A stretch of 64,000 nt of DNA from a bacterium (GCA_044869275.1 JBIOXB010000241.1:1-64000); one strand, 5' to 3'. Positions 1 to 10,727 are shown, counted from the stretch's first letter. Program-made: numbers and translations. The notes: generated by a model from the sequence alone, not told the origin.

Positions 1-96
1 AAGCACGTGGTATGAGCCACGAGCCTCGTGCCATCCCTCCCGACCCCAACACCCTGCGGGTTGTTGGGATCGGGGGAACTACCAAGAGGATCCAAG

Positions 97-126
97 AAAA
101 GTGTCAACTATTTTCAGGACGTGTCA
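97..126. mobile_element. Possible IS3-family terminal inverted repeat (element would extend left of the window)
   Basis: AAAAGTGTCAACTATTTTCAGGACGTGTCA ends in CA (TG on the other strand) and resembles IS3-family ends. A GC-rich hairpin lies just inside at about 38-75. No transposase is visible in the window. Confidence 0.35.
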
Positions 127-133
127 CATGAAC

Positions 134-161
134 ACTGATTACTGAATACTGAATACTGGTT
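134..161. repeat. Heptamer tandem repeat (ACTGAAT-type), single arm
   Basis: ACTGATT-ACTGAAT-ACTGAAT-ACTGGTT abuts the stop codon of the adjacent CDS. Same unit family as 36024-36077. Confidence 0.7.
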
Positions 162-1704
162 ATTTCAGCAATTGCATCCGTCCCGTCGCCAGGCGATGGC
201 CCACCTGCAGACGATAAATATAGGTCCCGGAAGCCACTGCTTCGCCGTTATGATTGCGCGCATTCCACTGGCGCTGATGTTCGCCCGGCGGCAATTCACC
301 GTCCACCAACGTGCGCACGAGCTGGCCTGCGAGGTTGAAGATTTGCAGCCTCACGGGCGCAGTCTCTTGTAAACGGAAGCGAACCGTGGTGCGCGGATTG
401 AACGGGTTGGGATAGACCTCAGCCAAGAGTTCGTAGTCAGGCCTCAAGCCAGCGATCGCGGTTTCCTCTTCAGGATTGCCTTCGTCGCCTTCCGGAGCGT
501 CCTTGAGTATTGGGCCTAAAGTCATGCGACGATGCCACAGGTTGTTTTTTGTCAGATTGTTGCCCACCACCATCAAGTTCATGGTTCCGTTCACATTATG
601 GGCCGGCAGGGTGATATCAAAAAAGCTGCCGTCGGTATCGGCGAGCACAGTGTCGACCGTTGCGGCCTGCAGGCCACCGAAGCTTCCCAGTTTGACGCGC
701 TTCATTTCGACGTTGCGTGAAACTCCTTCCCGCGTGCCCAGCACGCACAGAACATTATTGGTGACGTCCACAGTGATCGTGGGGCGCGTCCAGCCGTTGC
801 CGTTGATAATCGTGTAACGTGCCCAGGTGCCGTTGACTCTGCGATGATACATGGCATTTTTTAACACGTTCAGACCGCCACCTTTGGTTTTGATAATCAT
901 GAAAACTTGACGGTTGTACGTGGCCATGGCAATATGATCATCCGCAGTGGTGCCGGTAAGGGCGGGCAGGAGGGAGGTCTCATCCGTCCACGCTGCGTCG
1001 GCATCGCCGTCCCTATGATAAAGAAATCCGAAGCGCGAATTGGGTGCGCCGTTGTCTTCGGCATAACCGACGCCAATGGCAGGGACCCCTCCGATTTGAA
1101 GTGCAACGGCGTCGGTCAAGCCTTGCTGCTCGTTGAGATGGCTTTTGACGGAGATGATGGGAGTCCATGTCGCGCCTTCGTCGCCGGAGCGCTGAGCGCG
1201 CAGGACCGAATCCGCAATCCAGAACACCCAGAGATGCCCGTTCTTCGCGCGCACGAGATTCATCACATCCAATTGCACGTCGTTGACGGTTTTGGGATAT
1301 CCACCATCAATACTCCAGTTGCCACCGGCAAAAGACATGCGCAGGAGCGTGGTCGGATCGCCGCCCGGAAGCAGAATGTAGAGCTTGTTAGTCGAAGGCT
1401 CCCGCCAAATATCCGGGCGGTGTTTTGAGGCATCGCTGATCAGCGTGCGCTGGCTCCAAGCCTGGCCATTGAATTTCCACAAAAACCAGCTTTGGTCGGT
1501 ATTCGTGGGCGCGACCAGCCACCAGGAACCGCCATAGAAAAAAGTCTTGCTTTGATTGCACTTGCTGAAATCTTCGGACGTGCCGGCGATCGGCGTGCCG
1601 GCCACCTGCGCATGCGCGACAAAGGCTGAGCACATCACGCTAAGAAGCAAAATCGCGCACATGCTCGCGCGCGAGTACAAACCTGGTAACAGACACTTCG
1701 GCAT
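160..1704 (-). CDS. Secreted Asp-box (BNR-like) beta-propeller protein with C-terminal FlgD-Ig/T9SS type A-like sorting domain
   Basis: Signal peptide ending AHA-Q; Asp-box RSGDEGATW; C-terminal YPNPFNP...IFNLAGQLVRTL...WNARN...SGTYIYRL; RBS AAGGAG upstream. Confidence 0.8.
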   Translation of the reverse strand: MPKCLLPGLYSRASMCAILLLSVMCSAFVAHAQVAGTPIAGTSEDFSKCNQSKTFFYGGSWWLVAPTNTDQSWFLWKFNGQAWSQRTLISDASKHRPDIWREPSTNKLYILLPGGDPTTLLRMSFAGGNWSIDGGYPKTVNDVQLDVMNLVRAKNGHLWVFWIADSVLRAQRSGDEGATWTPIISVKSHLNEQQGLTDAVALQIGGVPAIGVGYAEDNGAPNSRFGFLYHRDGDADAAWTDETSLLPALTGTTADDHIAMATYNRQVFMIIKTKGGGLNVLKNAMYHRRVNGTWARYTIINGNGWTRPTITVDVTNNVLCVLGTREGVSRNVEMKRVKLGSFGGLQAATVDTVLADTDGSFFDITLPAHNVNGTMNLMVVGNNLTKNNLWHRRMTLGPILKDAPEGDEGNPEEETAIAGLRPDYELLAEVYPNPFNPRTTVRFRLQETAPVRLQIFNLAGQLVRTLVDGELPPGEHQRQWNARNHNGEAVASGTYIYRLQVGHRLATGRMQLLK

Positions 1705-1907
1705 CGGCTACTCCTTTAGTAGAGACCCAGTTTGAAATGAATGGGAGTTCCTCTCCCTCGCCAGCCGGTAAATTTCAACCGCATTCCTGGATTTTGTGTT
1801 GTGGTTATGCTGATGCGGAGAAGAACGACAAACGGCAAGCCGTGTCCCTGAGGTGAGATGTGGGGCTTTCCCGGCCACACGTTTTTGCAGCGTCTCCTAA
1901 GCCAATG

Positions 1908-1937
1908 GCAAAGGCACGGCGTTGGCCGTGCCTTTGC
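1908..1937. terminator. Perfect 13-bp stem-loop downstream of the large secreted-protein gene (no U-tract; terminator or mRNA-stabilising hairpin)
   Basis: GCAAAGGCACGGC-GTTG-GCCGTGCCTTTGC. Confidence 0.55.
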
Positions 1938-1955
1938 GGTTGGAATCAGAGCAAT

Positions 1956-4900
1956 CTACTTGACCATGTACAACCGGCCGGTGGTGGCCAGCCCGCCAAC
2001 TTGCAAACGATAGAAGTACGTGCCGCTGGAAACTGGCTGGCCATCCCGATTCGTGCCGCGCCACAGGCGGCGATGCGTGCCTGCCTGCAAATCGTTGTCA
2101 ATCAGTGTTTTGACCAACTGGCCATTGAGGTTGAAAATTTGCAGCTTCACTGGTGCCAACGCCTTGAGCGTGAATTCAATTTGAGTGCTCGGGTTGAAAG
2201 GATTCGGATATACGCCGACCTTGAGATCCTCCTTCGAGGTGACCGCCAGCGTGCGAGCAGCTCCTTCGTCCGCCTCCTGCTGTGCCTTTGCTACCACGAC
2301 ACCGCCGGGCAAATCGATATATTGCAGCCAGGTTTCATTGCGGGCAGTATTGGACGCGCCAATCAATAAATCCGTGGTGCCGGTGACTGTATGCGAGGGA
2401 GTAGATATGTCCAGGAAATCATCGGTATGGTAGTACATGAACGTATCGATCGGGGCGCTCACCAATGAGGCATAAGAGCCCAGAGGCACTTTCTTGCCTT
2501 CGACACATTGCAGCGTGTCTTCACGCGAGCCGAACACATACAACACGCCATTGGTCTCGTCGATCGCGAGAGCGGGCCTAGTCCAGCCGTCATCGACATT
2601 CACGGAATATGCATTCCAGGTACCACCGCTGTTGCGATGAAACAGGCCGTTCGTCGTCGTGGTGGCACCGCCACCGGAGGTTTTCACCAACATGAACACT
2701 TCGCCATTATAAGCAAGCATGCCGATATGATCGTCGGCACTGGTGTTGCTAAATTGCGGTACGCCAGCAGACTCGTCCGTCCAGTTTTCCGGGGCATCAC
2801 CGTCTGCGTGCCGGAGGAATCCGAAGGCGGAAGTGTTGATGCTGTTGTTTTCGGCGTAGCCAACACCGATGAAGTTGCCGCCGGAACTGAACGTGGCCGC
2901 GTCTTGCAAGCCACTGGTGGCGTTCAAGCTGCCTTTTACGACGATGTCGGCAGTCCAGGTCGCGCCTTCGTCGGTGGACCGGCGCGTGAACAAGGTCGAA
3001 TTGGCGATCCAGAACACCCAAAGATTGCCCGCGAGGTCGCGCCCCAGATTCGTATGCTTTTCTTGCGCCGCGGGGACCGCTTTGGGATAGCCGCCATCCA
3101 CGGTCCAATTGCCGGCAGCAAAGCTCAAGCGCGTGAGCGAAGTTGTGCTGCTTCCCGGCAGAAGAATGTAAGCTTTATTATTGGGGGCGTCGAGAATGCA
3201 ATCCGGCCGGCTTTTGCCTTGATTGTGAATTTGGATGGACTGGGTCCAGGTCGTGTCGGTATTGGTGCGTTTCCAGAGATGCCAGAAATTGGTGGCTTTG
3301 CTTTGCGCCGCCAGCCACCAGGAGCCGCCATGATAGAACATCTTGCTTTGATTGCCGCGCTCGAAGTTCTTGGTGGTGCCGGCAAGGCGCCGGCCTTTCT
3401 GAACATAGAAACCGTTCGACTGGATCGGAACCGTCTCCACGCTCGTGGCCGCTTGCACTTTGAAAGTGTCCACAAACGAAGGATTGTGCACGGCCAGCGA
3501 CGGCACAAACACGGTCACGGAATCACCATTGTTGACTGCAACCGCTGCGGGGACTTTAACTTCGACTCGGCGATTGACCGTGTCACCCGTCGCGGTGGCG
3601 CTCAGGCCATTCAGGGTGACGCCGGTGAGCACACCGGATTTGATTTTCGTGTCGTTCGCGAAATAGATCGTGACCTTGCTGGAATCTGAAAACAGCCGGC
3701 CAAGGGCACCCACGCGGAATCCCACGGTGTATTGCGCCGCACTATCGACGTCCGTGGGGAAGGGCTTGGCTTTGACGGCGCTAATCGTGGTTGTGGTCGC
3801 AATCAAATTGTAGCTCGCCGAAGTCCTCGGTATGGTCTGCTGGCTCGTCCAGGCTTGCAGGGTGTGTGCGCCCGTGTTGGAGGGATTCAACAAACCCAGC
3901 GCGGCACTGAACACCACGGTGAAATTGGAGCTGTTGCTGATGCTGACCGGTGTGGTGAGCTTGATTTCACGCGTCAAGGCATTGGCAGAGGCAATGCTCA
4001 CGGGCGTGCCGTTGACCGTGATGTTGGCCGGCGTGATCACGGCCGGAACGAAGGTATTGTTGGGGAAGCGCACGGTAATCGTGCTGGAATTGGCGACCAA
4101 CGCGCCGACCGCCGAGGTGGCCATCTTCAGCGTATCGCTTGAATTCGCATTGACGATGTTGTTGCTCAATTTCACCGCCGAGATCGTCACCGGCACACTG
4201 GCGGGGATGCTCAAGCGATTGAACCAGGTGTCTTTCCCCGTGGTGTCGCCGGCAGTGGCCATCAGTCCGGTGGCGGCATTGACGCTCTTGGCCGGTGTAC
4301 TGAGGTTTCTGAAAACATCGCTGCCATTCTGCATAAAGGTGAGGGTGGCAGTTGCTTGCAGATCGCTGCCGGCGCCCAGCACGCCGATTTTATGTTCCGC
4401 ACGGTTGTTATTCTGGTTCGTGCCCATCACGAAGAGCCTGTGGTTTTCCCTGTCCACGACCAGCGCGGGCGAAAACCAGCTCCGGACACCAACGGCATTG
4501 ACGATGAAGGGGGTCCAGGCGCCGGCCGCGCTTCTCATGTATAGCGTGTTGCGCGGATTGCCGATGGCGCCGCCAAACGTGCGGGTGAACATATAGACGA
4601 TGTTGTTCTCATCGACCGCCATGGCGATTTCATTTTGTGCGCGCTCGGTGCCGAAATAGGTCAGCGAGGCGGTCTCATCTGTCCATGAGGTCAACGGGTC
4701 GCCATCGCGGTGCCGGAGGAAGCCAAACAGACTAGTGGCAGTGCCCACTTCGCCGTAACCCACGCCGATGTAATTGTTCACGCCGTCGTTGAATGCCACG
4801 GCATCCGTGGTGCCGTTGGTCTGTGACAATGTTTTGATATTCTGATTGGCGCTCCAGTTTGTGCCATCATTGGTGGAACGCTTGGCTTGCAGCTTGTTGA

Positions 4901-5405
4901 CGCCATTGACGCGGAAGAGCCACAACTCACCGTTTTTGGCTTTGACCAGGCTGATGGGGTTGTTGCCATTGTTATTGATGAAGGCATTAAACGGCAGGGG
5001 AAAACCGGGGTCCAGGGTCCACACCCCGGCGCTGTAAGAAAAACGCCGGAAACGAGACAGGCTGGTGTGTGAGGAAATCATATACAGCTTGTTGGTGGTG
5101 GAATCCACCACAACGTCCAAACTATTGTCGGCGCCGAGCTGCAGAGCCTTGTTCGCCACCCATGCCGGATCGTCGTATCGCCAGAGATACCATGAGGCTT
5201 TGGAGCTGTCATAAGCCACTGCCCACCATTTGCTGTCGTGATAGAACACTTTGCTCTGGTTGGATTTTTTGTGATCGCTGGTGGTCACGCTGGAAATAGC
5301 GCTTCCCTGCGCGAAACCGGTGCTGACGCTTCCCAGCAGCAGCACGGCCATGAAAAAGGCAACCAAGCCATGGCCAATGGTGATCAATTTTGCGCAACGA
5401 AGCAT
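1956..5405 (-). CDS. Large secreted protein: two Asp-box propeller domains separated by two Ig-like repeats, C-terminal FlgD-Ig/T9SS-like sorting domain
   Basis: Start moved to MLRCAK (ATG 5405, RBS AGGAG, signal peptide ending GFA-Q). NQSKxFYH..WW module occurs twice; Asp-boxes RSTNDGTNW and RSTDEGATW; C-terminal YPNPFNP. Confidence 0.8.
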   Translation of the reverse strand: MLRCAKLITIGHGLVAFFMAVLLLGSVSTGFAQGSAISSVTTSDHKKSNQSKVFYHDSKWWAVAYDSSKASWYLWRYDDPAWVANKALQLGADNSLDVVVDSTTNKLYMISSHTSLSRFRRFSYSAGVWTLDPGFPLPFNAFINNNGNNPISLVKAKNGELWLFRVNGVNKLQAKRSTNDGTNWSANQNIKTLSQTNGTTDAVAFNDGVNNYIGVGYGEVGTATSLFGFLRHRDGDPLTSWTDETASLTYFGTERAQNEIAMAVDENNIVYMFTRTFGGAIGNPRNTLYMRSAAGAWTPFIVNAVGVRSWFSPALVVDRENHRLFVMGTNQNNNRAEHKIGVLGAGSDLQATATLTFMQNGSDVFRNLSTPAKSVNAATGLMATAGDTTGKDTWFNRLSIPASVPVTISAVKLSNNIVNANSSDTLKMATSAVGALVANSSTITVRFPNNTFVPAVITPANITVNGTPVSIASANALTREIKLTTPVSISNSSNFTVVFSAALGLLNPSNTGAHTLQAWTSQQTIPRTSASYNLIATTTTISAVKAKPFPTDVDSAAQYTVGFRVGALGRLFSDSSKVTIYFANDTKIKSGVLTGVTLNGLSATATGDTVNRRVEVKVPAAVAVNNGDSVTVFVPSLAVHNPSFVDTFKVQAATSVETVPIQSNGFYVQKGRRLAGTTKNFERGNQSKMFYHGGSWWLAAQSKATNFWHLWKRTNTDTTWTQSIQIHNQGKSRPDCILDAPNNKAYILLPGSSTTSLTRLSFAAGNWTVDGGYPKAVPAAQEKHTNLGRDLAGNLWVFWIANSTLFTRRSTDEGATWTADIVVKGSLNATSGLQDAATFSSGGNFIGVGYAENNSINTSAFGFLRHADGDAPENWTDESAGVPQFSNTSADDHIGMLAYNGEVFMLVKTSGGGATTTTNGLFHRNSGGTWNAYSVNVDDGWTRPALAIDETNGVLYVFGSREDTLQCVEGKKVPLGSYASLVSAPIDTFMYYHTDDFLDISTPSHTVTGTTDLLIGASNTARNETWLQYIDLPGGVVVAKAQQEADEGAARTLAVTSKEDLKVGVYPNPFNPSTQIEFTLKALAPVKLQIFNLNGQLVKTLIDNDLQAGTHRRLWRGTNRDGQPVSSGTYFYRLQVGGLATTGRLYMVK

Positions 5406-5921
5406 AGCATTCTCCTGATTGAGTGGTGATGATTTAGCCTCTAGTTTCATGCAGGCTCTCGCCAGCAGGAATTGGCGCATGCAACCTTGCCGGCGATGTG
5501 GTAGATGACAAACGAGCCGGGCGCACAATTCCAGTATCAATTCTTGCGGAAAATCAGAAGACCGCTCTCTCTGCATGAACTAAAGGAGGGACTTCCAATA
5601 AATCGCTTGCTCCCCTGCCAAGGACGATTCTGCGAGTTACCGATTGCTTGCGGAAATACATACCGCCGTTTCCCGAATAGCAGGAGGTGGGAAGTCAAAA
5701 CTATTTCACCACGCTATTTAACGGCATCCCGAGGAGGTTGCGGAACAGTTCAAGGCTTTTTTTCAAGGAGCACAATGGAGCTGCACGGGTGCGCGCGTTT
5801 TTTGTCGGGCAGGACAGACAATGCGGAGAAGCCAGAGCTTTCACTTGCAAATCCTGGCGAGTTTTATTATGTTGACCGGCACAACATGACGACATTGTCA
5901 GGGACATCAATCAAAACCTCC

Positions 5922-7193
5922 ATGCTGCTTTCGGCTCCGAACGATCCAATAGTCGGCGTTTCTTCCCCATCCGCCGCGCGCGAAAATCATCCGCCGCTGC
6001 CACACGCGCGAGCCGGCCTGCTCGTGCATTATCATGAAATCGCACTGAAAGGGGGCAACCGGCGCTTTTTTGAGCGACAATTGCAGCGCAACCTTGCGCG
6101 TGCCACGTTGCATCTGGGTACGGCGCGGGTGGAGCGTTTAACCGGCCGCCTCATGTGCTGGATGCGCGACGGTGCGGCGCTGGAGCCGCTGGTTGCAGCC
6201 GTGCAGAAAATTTTTGGCATCGCTTACTTCGCGCCGGCCATCCAACTGCCGCAAGAAATGCCGGTGCTTTGCGAAGCTGCCGTGCAAACGTTGTCGGCCA
6301 GAACCTTCCGCACCTTCAAAGTGGAAACCAAACGCGGACAAAAAACTTTTCCTTTGACTTCGCCGCAAATCAGCGCGCTGCTCGGCGAGCATATTCTGAA
6401 GCATTTTCCCGCGCGCGTCAATCTGAGAACGCCGGATTTGACCTTGTGCGTGGAGATCGTGGACAATTATGCGCTGATGTATGTTGACCGTTTCGCCGGG
6501 GCGGGAGGGCTGCCGGTGGGCGCCGGAGAAAGAGCCGTGTGTCTGCTCTCCGGCGGCATCGATTCGCCGGTGGCGGCATATCGCATGATGAAGCGCGGCG
6601 TGCATCTGATCTTCGTGCATTTCCACAGCGCGCCGTTTACGAACACCGCCTCGCAAGGGTTGGTGCAGCGGCTGGTCGAATATCTGACGCAGTATCAATA
6701 CACCTCGACCTTGTACTTGATTCCGCTGGCGGAAATTCAGCAGCATATTGTCGCCCATGGGCCGCCCGGCCTGCGCGTCATTTTTTACCGCCGCGAGATG
6801 CTACGTCTCGCCGAACGGGTAGCAACCCAGCACCGTGCGCCCGCCCTGGTCACCGGTGAAAACGTTTCGCAAGTCGCCAGCCAGACGCTCTCCAATTTGC
6901 GCGCCATCAATCAAGCCACAAGTTTGCCCGTGATCCGCCCGCTGGCAGGCGATGACAAGCAAGACATCGTGCAACAAGCGCGCCGGCTGGGAACTTTCGA
7001 GATTTCCATCGAGCCTTTCGAAGATTGCTGTTCGTTGTTCGTTCCGCCCAAACCGGAAACACGCGCGCATCTGTACAAAGTTTTGGAATGTGAAGCCGGC
7101 ATGGAACTCGAGGAGCTGCGCGAGCAGGCTTTTTCGCGCGCGGTCATCATACGGCTGAAATACCCCAAGGCTGCGCCGGTTGGCAATTCATGA
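5922..7193 (+). CDS. thiI: tRNA 4-thiouridine synthase ThiI (THUMP + PP-loop, no rhodanese domain)
   Basis: HYHEIALKGGNR, LLSGGIDSPVAA PP-loop, GENVSQVASQTL, EDCC. Start uncertain (5886 or 5922). Confidence 0.92.
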   Translation: MLLSAPNDPIVGVSSPSAARENHPPLPHARAGLLVHYHEIALKGGNRRFFERQLQRNLARATLHLGTARVERLTGRLMCWMRDGAALEPLVAAVQKIFGIAYFAPAIQLPQEMPVLCEAAVQTLSARTFRTFKVETKRGQKTFPLTSPQISALLGEHILKHFPARVNLRTPDLTLCVEIVDNYALMYVDRFAGAGGLPVGAGERAVCLLSGGIDSPVAAYRMMKRGVHLIFVHFHSAPFTNTASQGLVQRLVEYLTQYQYTSTLYLIPLAEIQQHIVAHGPPGLRVIFYRREMLRLAERVATQHRAPALVTGENVSQVASQTLSNLRAINQATSLPVIRPLAGDDKQDIVQQARRLGTFEISIEPFEDCCSLFVPPKPETRAHLYKVLECEAGMELEELREQAFSRAVIIRLKYPKAAPVGNS

Positions 7194-7246
7194 TCGACAG
7201 TGGGAATGGTCGAGGGAAAAGTTTTAACCACCATTGAAGTGACAGC

Positions 7247-8116
7247 ATGAAAGATCCGAAGTTGCCGTTTGCTGAAAATGACCCCGTGGTTTTCTACGAT
7301 CGCAAAGAGCGCGCGTACTACGATATTCTGCGCAGCGGCAAGAAAACGAATATCCGCGGCGATTTGTTGCTGCATGATCAAATTCTCGGGCGCACGGAAG
7401 CCTTTTTGATGTCTTCACAGCGCGAGATTCGTTATTGGGTCTTTCGCCCTACGCTCAACGAGCAGGTCGTGCTCATGCCGCGTGGCGCGACCGTCATTTA
7501 CCCCAAAGATCTTGGCATTATTCTGCAGTATGCGGATATTTATCCCGGCGCAAAAGTGGTGGAAGCCGGTTTGGGTTCGGGTGCCCTGGCCACGACCTTG
7601 CTGCGCATGGTTGGGCCGGAAGGCAGTGTGATTAGCTATGAAATCCGGCGTGATTTCATCGAAAACGCCGGCAAGAATATGCGTTATTTTCTCGGTGAAG
7701 CCCCCAACCATGCGGTGCGCGAATCAAACATTTACGAAAGCTTTGAAGAGGAAGACGTCGATCGTTTGTTGCTGGATCTGCCCGAACCCTGGCGCGTGGT
7801 GCCGCTGGCCGCGCCCAAGCTGCGCCCGGGCGCGATGATTTGCAGTTATTCCCCCACCATTTTGCAAGTGAAGTCCTTTGTCGAATCCTTGCGGCGCAGC
7901 AAAGCATTCGCCATCATCACCACACTCGAAACCTTGTTGCGGCGCTGGCATCTGGAAAACATGTCGGTGCGGCCCGAACTGCGCATGATCGGCCACACCG
8001 GATTTCTCACATTCGCGCGCAAAGTCGAACGCCCCCTGGTGGCGACCGAGGAGGTGTCACCGGAAGTTGGGGAGGAGGAAACTCCCGAAGAAAACAACGC
8101 AGATGAACCAGAGTAA
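7247..8116 (+). CDS. trmI: tRNA (adenine58-N1)-methyltransferase TrmI
   Basis: [25 protein letters not shown] motif, [19 protein letters not shown]. Confidence 0.92.
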   Translation: MKDPKLPFAENDPVVFYDRKERAYYDILRSGKKTNIRGDLLLHDQILGRTEAFLMSSQREIRYWVFRPTLNEQVVLMPRGATVIYPKDLGIILQYADIYPGAKVVEAGLGSGALATTLLRMVGPEGSVISYEIRRDFIENAGKNMRYFLGEAPNHAVRESNIYESFEEEDVDRLLLDLPEPWRVVPLAAPKLRPGAMICSYSPTILQVKSFVESLRRSKAFAIITTLETLLRRWHLENMSVRPELRMIGHTGFLTFARKVERPLVATEEVSPEVGEEETPEENNADEPE

Positions 8117-8172
8117 AATTCCGCAGCGTTGCTCAGATTCATTTATCATCACGAGGAGGAAGCAGTTTCAGC

Positions 8173-9282
8173 ATGGCCCAAAAGCGAAAATATTTTTCTG
8201 GCAGGAGAATCTCGCCCCAGCCGATTCGTCCGAATTTGAGCGTCGTTGATTTGGTGGACAATACTTTCAACGCCTATAACGCGGGCCGGATGCGGGAAGC
8301 TTGCCGCTTGTTCACGGAGAAAATGCTGCATTCTGAGGTGACCATCGGTATGAGCCTGACCGGCGCGCTGACGCCCGCGGGCCTGGGTATGGCCGCAATT
8401 ATTCCCCTGATCGAAAACGGCTTTGTCGATTGGATCGTCTCGACCGGAGCGAACCTGTATCACGACACCCATTTCGGCCTGGGTCTTGCGATGCATCAAG
8501 GCTCGCATCTCGCCGACGACGTGGTGTTGCGCGAGCAGGGGGTGGTGCGCATTTACGATATTTTCTTTGACTATCGCGTACTGCTCGACACGGATGCATT
8601 TTACGCCAAAATGATTGAAGCGCCGGAATTTCAGCGGAGCATGAGTACCGCGGAATTCCACTATCTGGCTGGAAAGTATGTTGCCGCACGTGAAGCCGAG
8701 CTCAAACTGAAAAAGAAATCGCTGCTCTCCGTGGCCTACAAATACGGCATGCCGATTTACACTTCTTCGCCGGGAGATTCTTCCATCGGCATGAACGTGG
8801 CCGCGGGTGCGCTGGCCGGCAATAAATTGCAGTTCGATGTCAACGCCGATGTCAACGAAACCGCAGCCATCGTGCTCGAAGCCAAACGCAAAAAAGGACG
8901 GAGCGCGGTCTTGATCTTCGGCGGTGGCTCGCCGAAAAACTTCCTGCTGCAAACCGAACCGCAATTGCAGGAAGTCATGAACATTGCTGAAAAGGGGCAC
9001 GATTACTTTCTGCAATTCACCGATGCCCGCCCCGATACCGGCGGCCTTTCCGGCGCCACGCCCGCAGAAGCCGTGAGCTGGGGCAAGGTTGATCCCGAAC
9101 AATTGCCAGATACGGTCGTTTGCTATTGCGACTCGACCATTTCCATGCCGGTACTCACCGCATACGCCTTGAGCAAGCACAAGCCGCGCAAGGCGAAAAG
9201 GTTATATGACCGCCGGGCCGCAATGATGGCGCGCCTGCAAAGGGAGTTCGAATCTGCATCAAAAAAACGGAAGCGCAAATGA
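8173..9282 (+). CDS. Deoxyhypusine synthase-like protein (probable homospermidine/polyamine synthase)
   Basis: [38 protein letters not shown] with the conserved imine-forming Lys of the DHS family. Confidence 0.88.
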   Translation: MAQKRKYFSGRRISPQPIRPNLSVVDLVDNTFNAYNAGRMREACRLFTEKMLHSEVTIGMSLTGALTPAGLGMAAIIPLIENGFVDWIVSTGANLYHDTHFGLGLAMHQGSHLADDVVLREQGVVRIYDIFFDYRVLLDTDAFYAKMIEAPEFQRSMSTAEFHYLAGKYVAAREAELKLKKKSLLSVAYKYGMPIYTSSPGDSSIGMNVAAGALAGNKLQFDVNADVNETAAIVLEAKRKKGRSAVLIFGGGSPKNFLLQTEPQLQEVMNIAEKGHDYFLQFTDARPDTGGLSGATPAEAVSWGKVDPEQLPDTVVCYCDSTISMPVLTAYALSKHKPRKAKRLYDRRAAMMARLQREFESASKKRKRK

Positions 9283-9809
9283 ACGCGCAAGCGCAACAAA
9301 GACCCTCATCCAATGCTTTATCACTCCTCAAGCAAAGCTTGAAGGCTCTAGAAAAAGAACTTGCAAGCTTTCCTGTTTCGCTTTGGCCTGCCAAGCCACG
9401 AGCTGGAGGGTGGTCCATCGCTGAAATCCTTCATCATTTAGTTTTGGTTGAAGTTCAAGGATTACAGGAACTGAAGGACGTAATGGAGGGCCGCCAGGAG
9501 AGTATAGTGATTGATATGGCCAACAGGCCGGATTTATCTCAAATTCAATTCTCGAAGCCGAAGTTGAAAAGCCCGGACAAGTTCAAACCTACAACTGGAA
9601 TTCCGGAAAAGTATTTGTTGGACGGATTACATCGGGGTCGCCGGGAGACCATAGCGTATGTGCAAAAGTCAGGTTTGAATCAGTTGAGCCAGATCAGTTT
9701 GGACACGCCGTGGATTGGCGTGGTAAATGGAGGGGAATTTGCGGAATGTCTGGCGTATCACATGTTTAGGCATGCACAGCAAATCGCGGCAGCCGGCAGC
9801 AAAAAATGA
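9279..9809 (+). CDS. DinB/YfiT-family protein
   Basis: [16 protein letters not shown] and C-terminal HMFRHAQQI metal-binding His motifs; ATGA overlap with the upstream gene. Confidence 0.75.
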   Translation: MNAQAQQRPSSNALSLLKQSLKALEKELASFPVSLWPAKPRAGGWSIAEILHHLVLVEVQGLQELKDVMEGRQESIVIDMANRPDLSQIQFSKPKLKSPDKFKPTTGIPEKYLLDGLHRGRRETIAYVQKSGLNQLSQISLDTPWIGVVNGGEFAECLAYHMFRHAQQIAAAGSKK

Positions 9810-9962
9810 GAAATTCACTATTGCTCGATTCTCTGTTATGTAAACTAAAATGCCGCTCACCAATAACGGGAACTACGGGTGCTTCCCTCTCCCGGGTGAA
9901 TGTGTGTGAGATGAATACATTCGAAAAAGATTCGGCAGGTAATTCAATGCGTTGGAACAGTG

Positions 9963-10036
9963 TCGGGGCGGGCGGACTTGAACCGCCGACCTCTTGGTCC
10001 CGAACCAAGCGCGCTACCAAACTGCGCTACGCCCCG
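9963..10036 (-). tRNA. tRNA-Pro (anticodon CGG), CCA not encoded
   Basis: CGGGGCG TAGCGCAGTTTGGTAGCGCG CTTGG-TTCGGGA-CCAAG AGGTC GGCGGTTCAAGTCCGCC CGCCCCG A. Begins only 4 nt after the GT2 stop codon. Confidence 0.97.
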
Positions 10037-10040
10037 AAGG

Positions 10041-10727
10041 CTACGCTTTCCAATATAATCTGATGAACCGCTTGAGATCTCTCATGCCTCGTATATGGCT
10101 GGTTTCGCCATTGTAAATCGTCGCGATCGGCACAAATTCGATTTTCATTTTCAGCTTTCCGGCCTGTATGATGACCTCGGATTCAGTCTCATAGCCGAAA
10201 GTTGTCAACTCCAGCCTTTCCAGCAAGCGCCGGGAATATAACCGGTAACCCGATTGGCTGTCTCGCAGCGGTTGCCGGATTTTCCAAGACAACAACCAAC
10301 TGGAGAGGCGATTGCTGGCCACACGCGGCCAGGGCATGACGCGCCGATCAAAACTGCGGCATCCGATAATCAAATCCGCATTTGTTGCGCGAAATGCTTC
10401 TGCGAATTTCGGCAGTTCCTCCGGGTGATGCTGGCCGTCCGCATCCAGCGAGACCAGTGCAGAGGCTGGAGCCTTTGCAATCACATACTCAAAAGCCGTT
10501 CTTAACGCCGCGCCTTTGCCACGATTGGACTCGTGCGTGAGGAGAATCGTATCGTACGCTTGCGCGACTGCCGCAGAATCATCATCCGAACCGTCATTGA
10601 TCACAATCGTTCTGCGCGGCTCGAAATATTGCATGACACCCTGCAAAACTTCGCCCAAGGTTTTTCCGGCATTATAGGCCGGAATCGCAATCATCAGATC
10701 TCTGAACAGTAATTGGGTATCGCTCAT
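10041..10727 (-). CDS. Glycosyltransferase family 2 (DPM1-like)
   Basis: IPAYNA, VINDGSDD, NRGKGAA, LDADGQH, DSQSGYR. Start set at MSDTQL. Confidence 0.9.
   Translation of the reverse strand: MSDTQLLFRDLMIAIPAYNAGKTLGEVLQGVMQYFEPRRTIVINDGSDDDSAAVAQAYDTILLTHESNRGKGAALRTAFEYVIAKAPASALVSLDADGQHHPEELPKFAEAFRATNADLIIGCRSFDRRVMPWPRVASNRLSSWLLSWKIRQPLRDSQSGYRLYSRRLLERLELTTFGYETESEVIIQAGKLKMKIEFVPIATIYNGETSHIRGMRDLKRFIRLYWKA

Noticed and set aside
1705..1907. Riboswitch in the leader of the small secreted protein
   Set aside because: Some hairpin potential, but no match I can recognise to c-di-GMP, TPP, SAM or cobalamin consensus.
5406..5921. Long N-terminal extensions of the ORF-track calls 1956-5576 and 5505-7193
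   Set aside because: The two extensions overlap each other and lack homology. RBS and signal-peptide evidence favour later starts, leaving a divergent promoter region.
9810..9960. Integrated element at the tRNA-Pro 3' end, or a TIR-like 'NVFISH' peptide
   Set aside because: No integrase and no duplicated tRNA 3' end were found in the window. The peptide similarity is too short to support a call.
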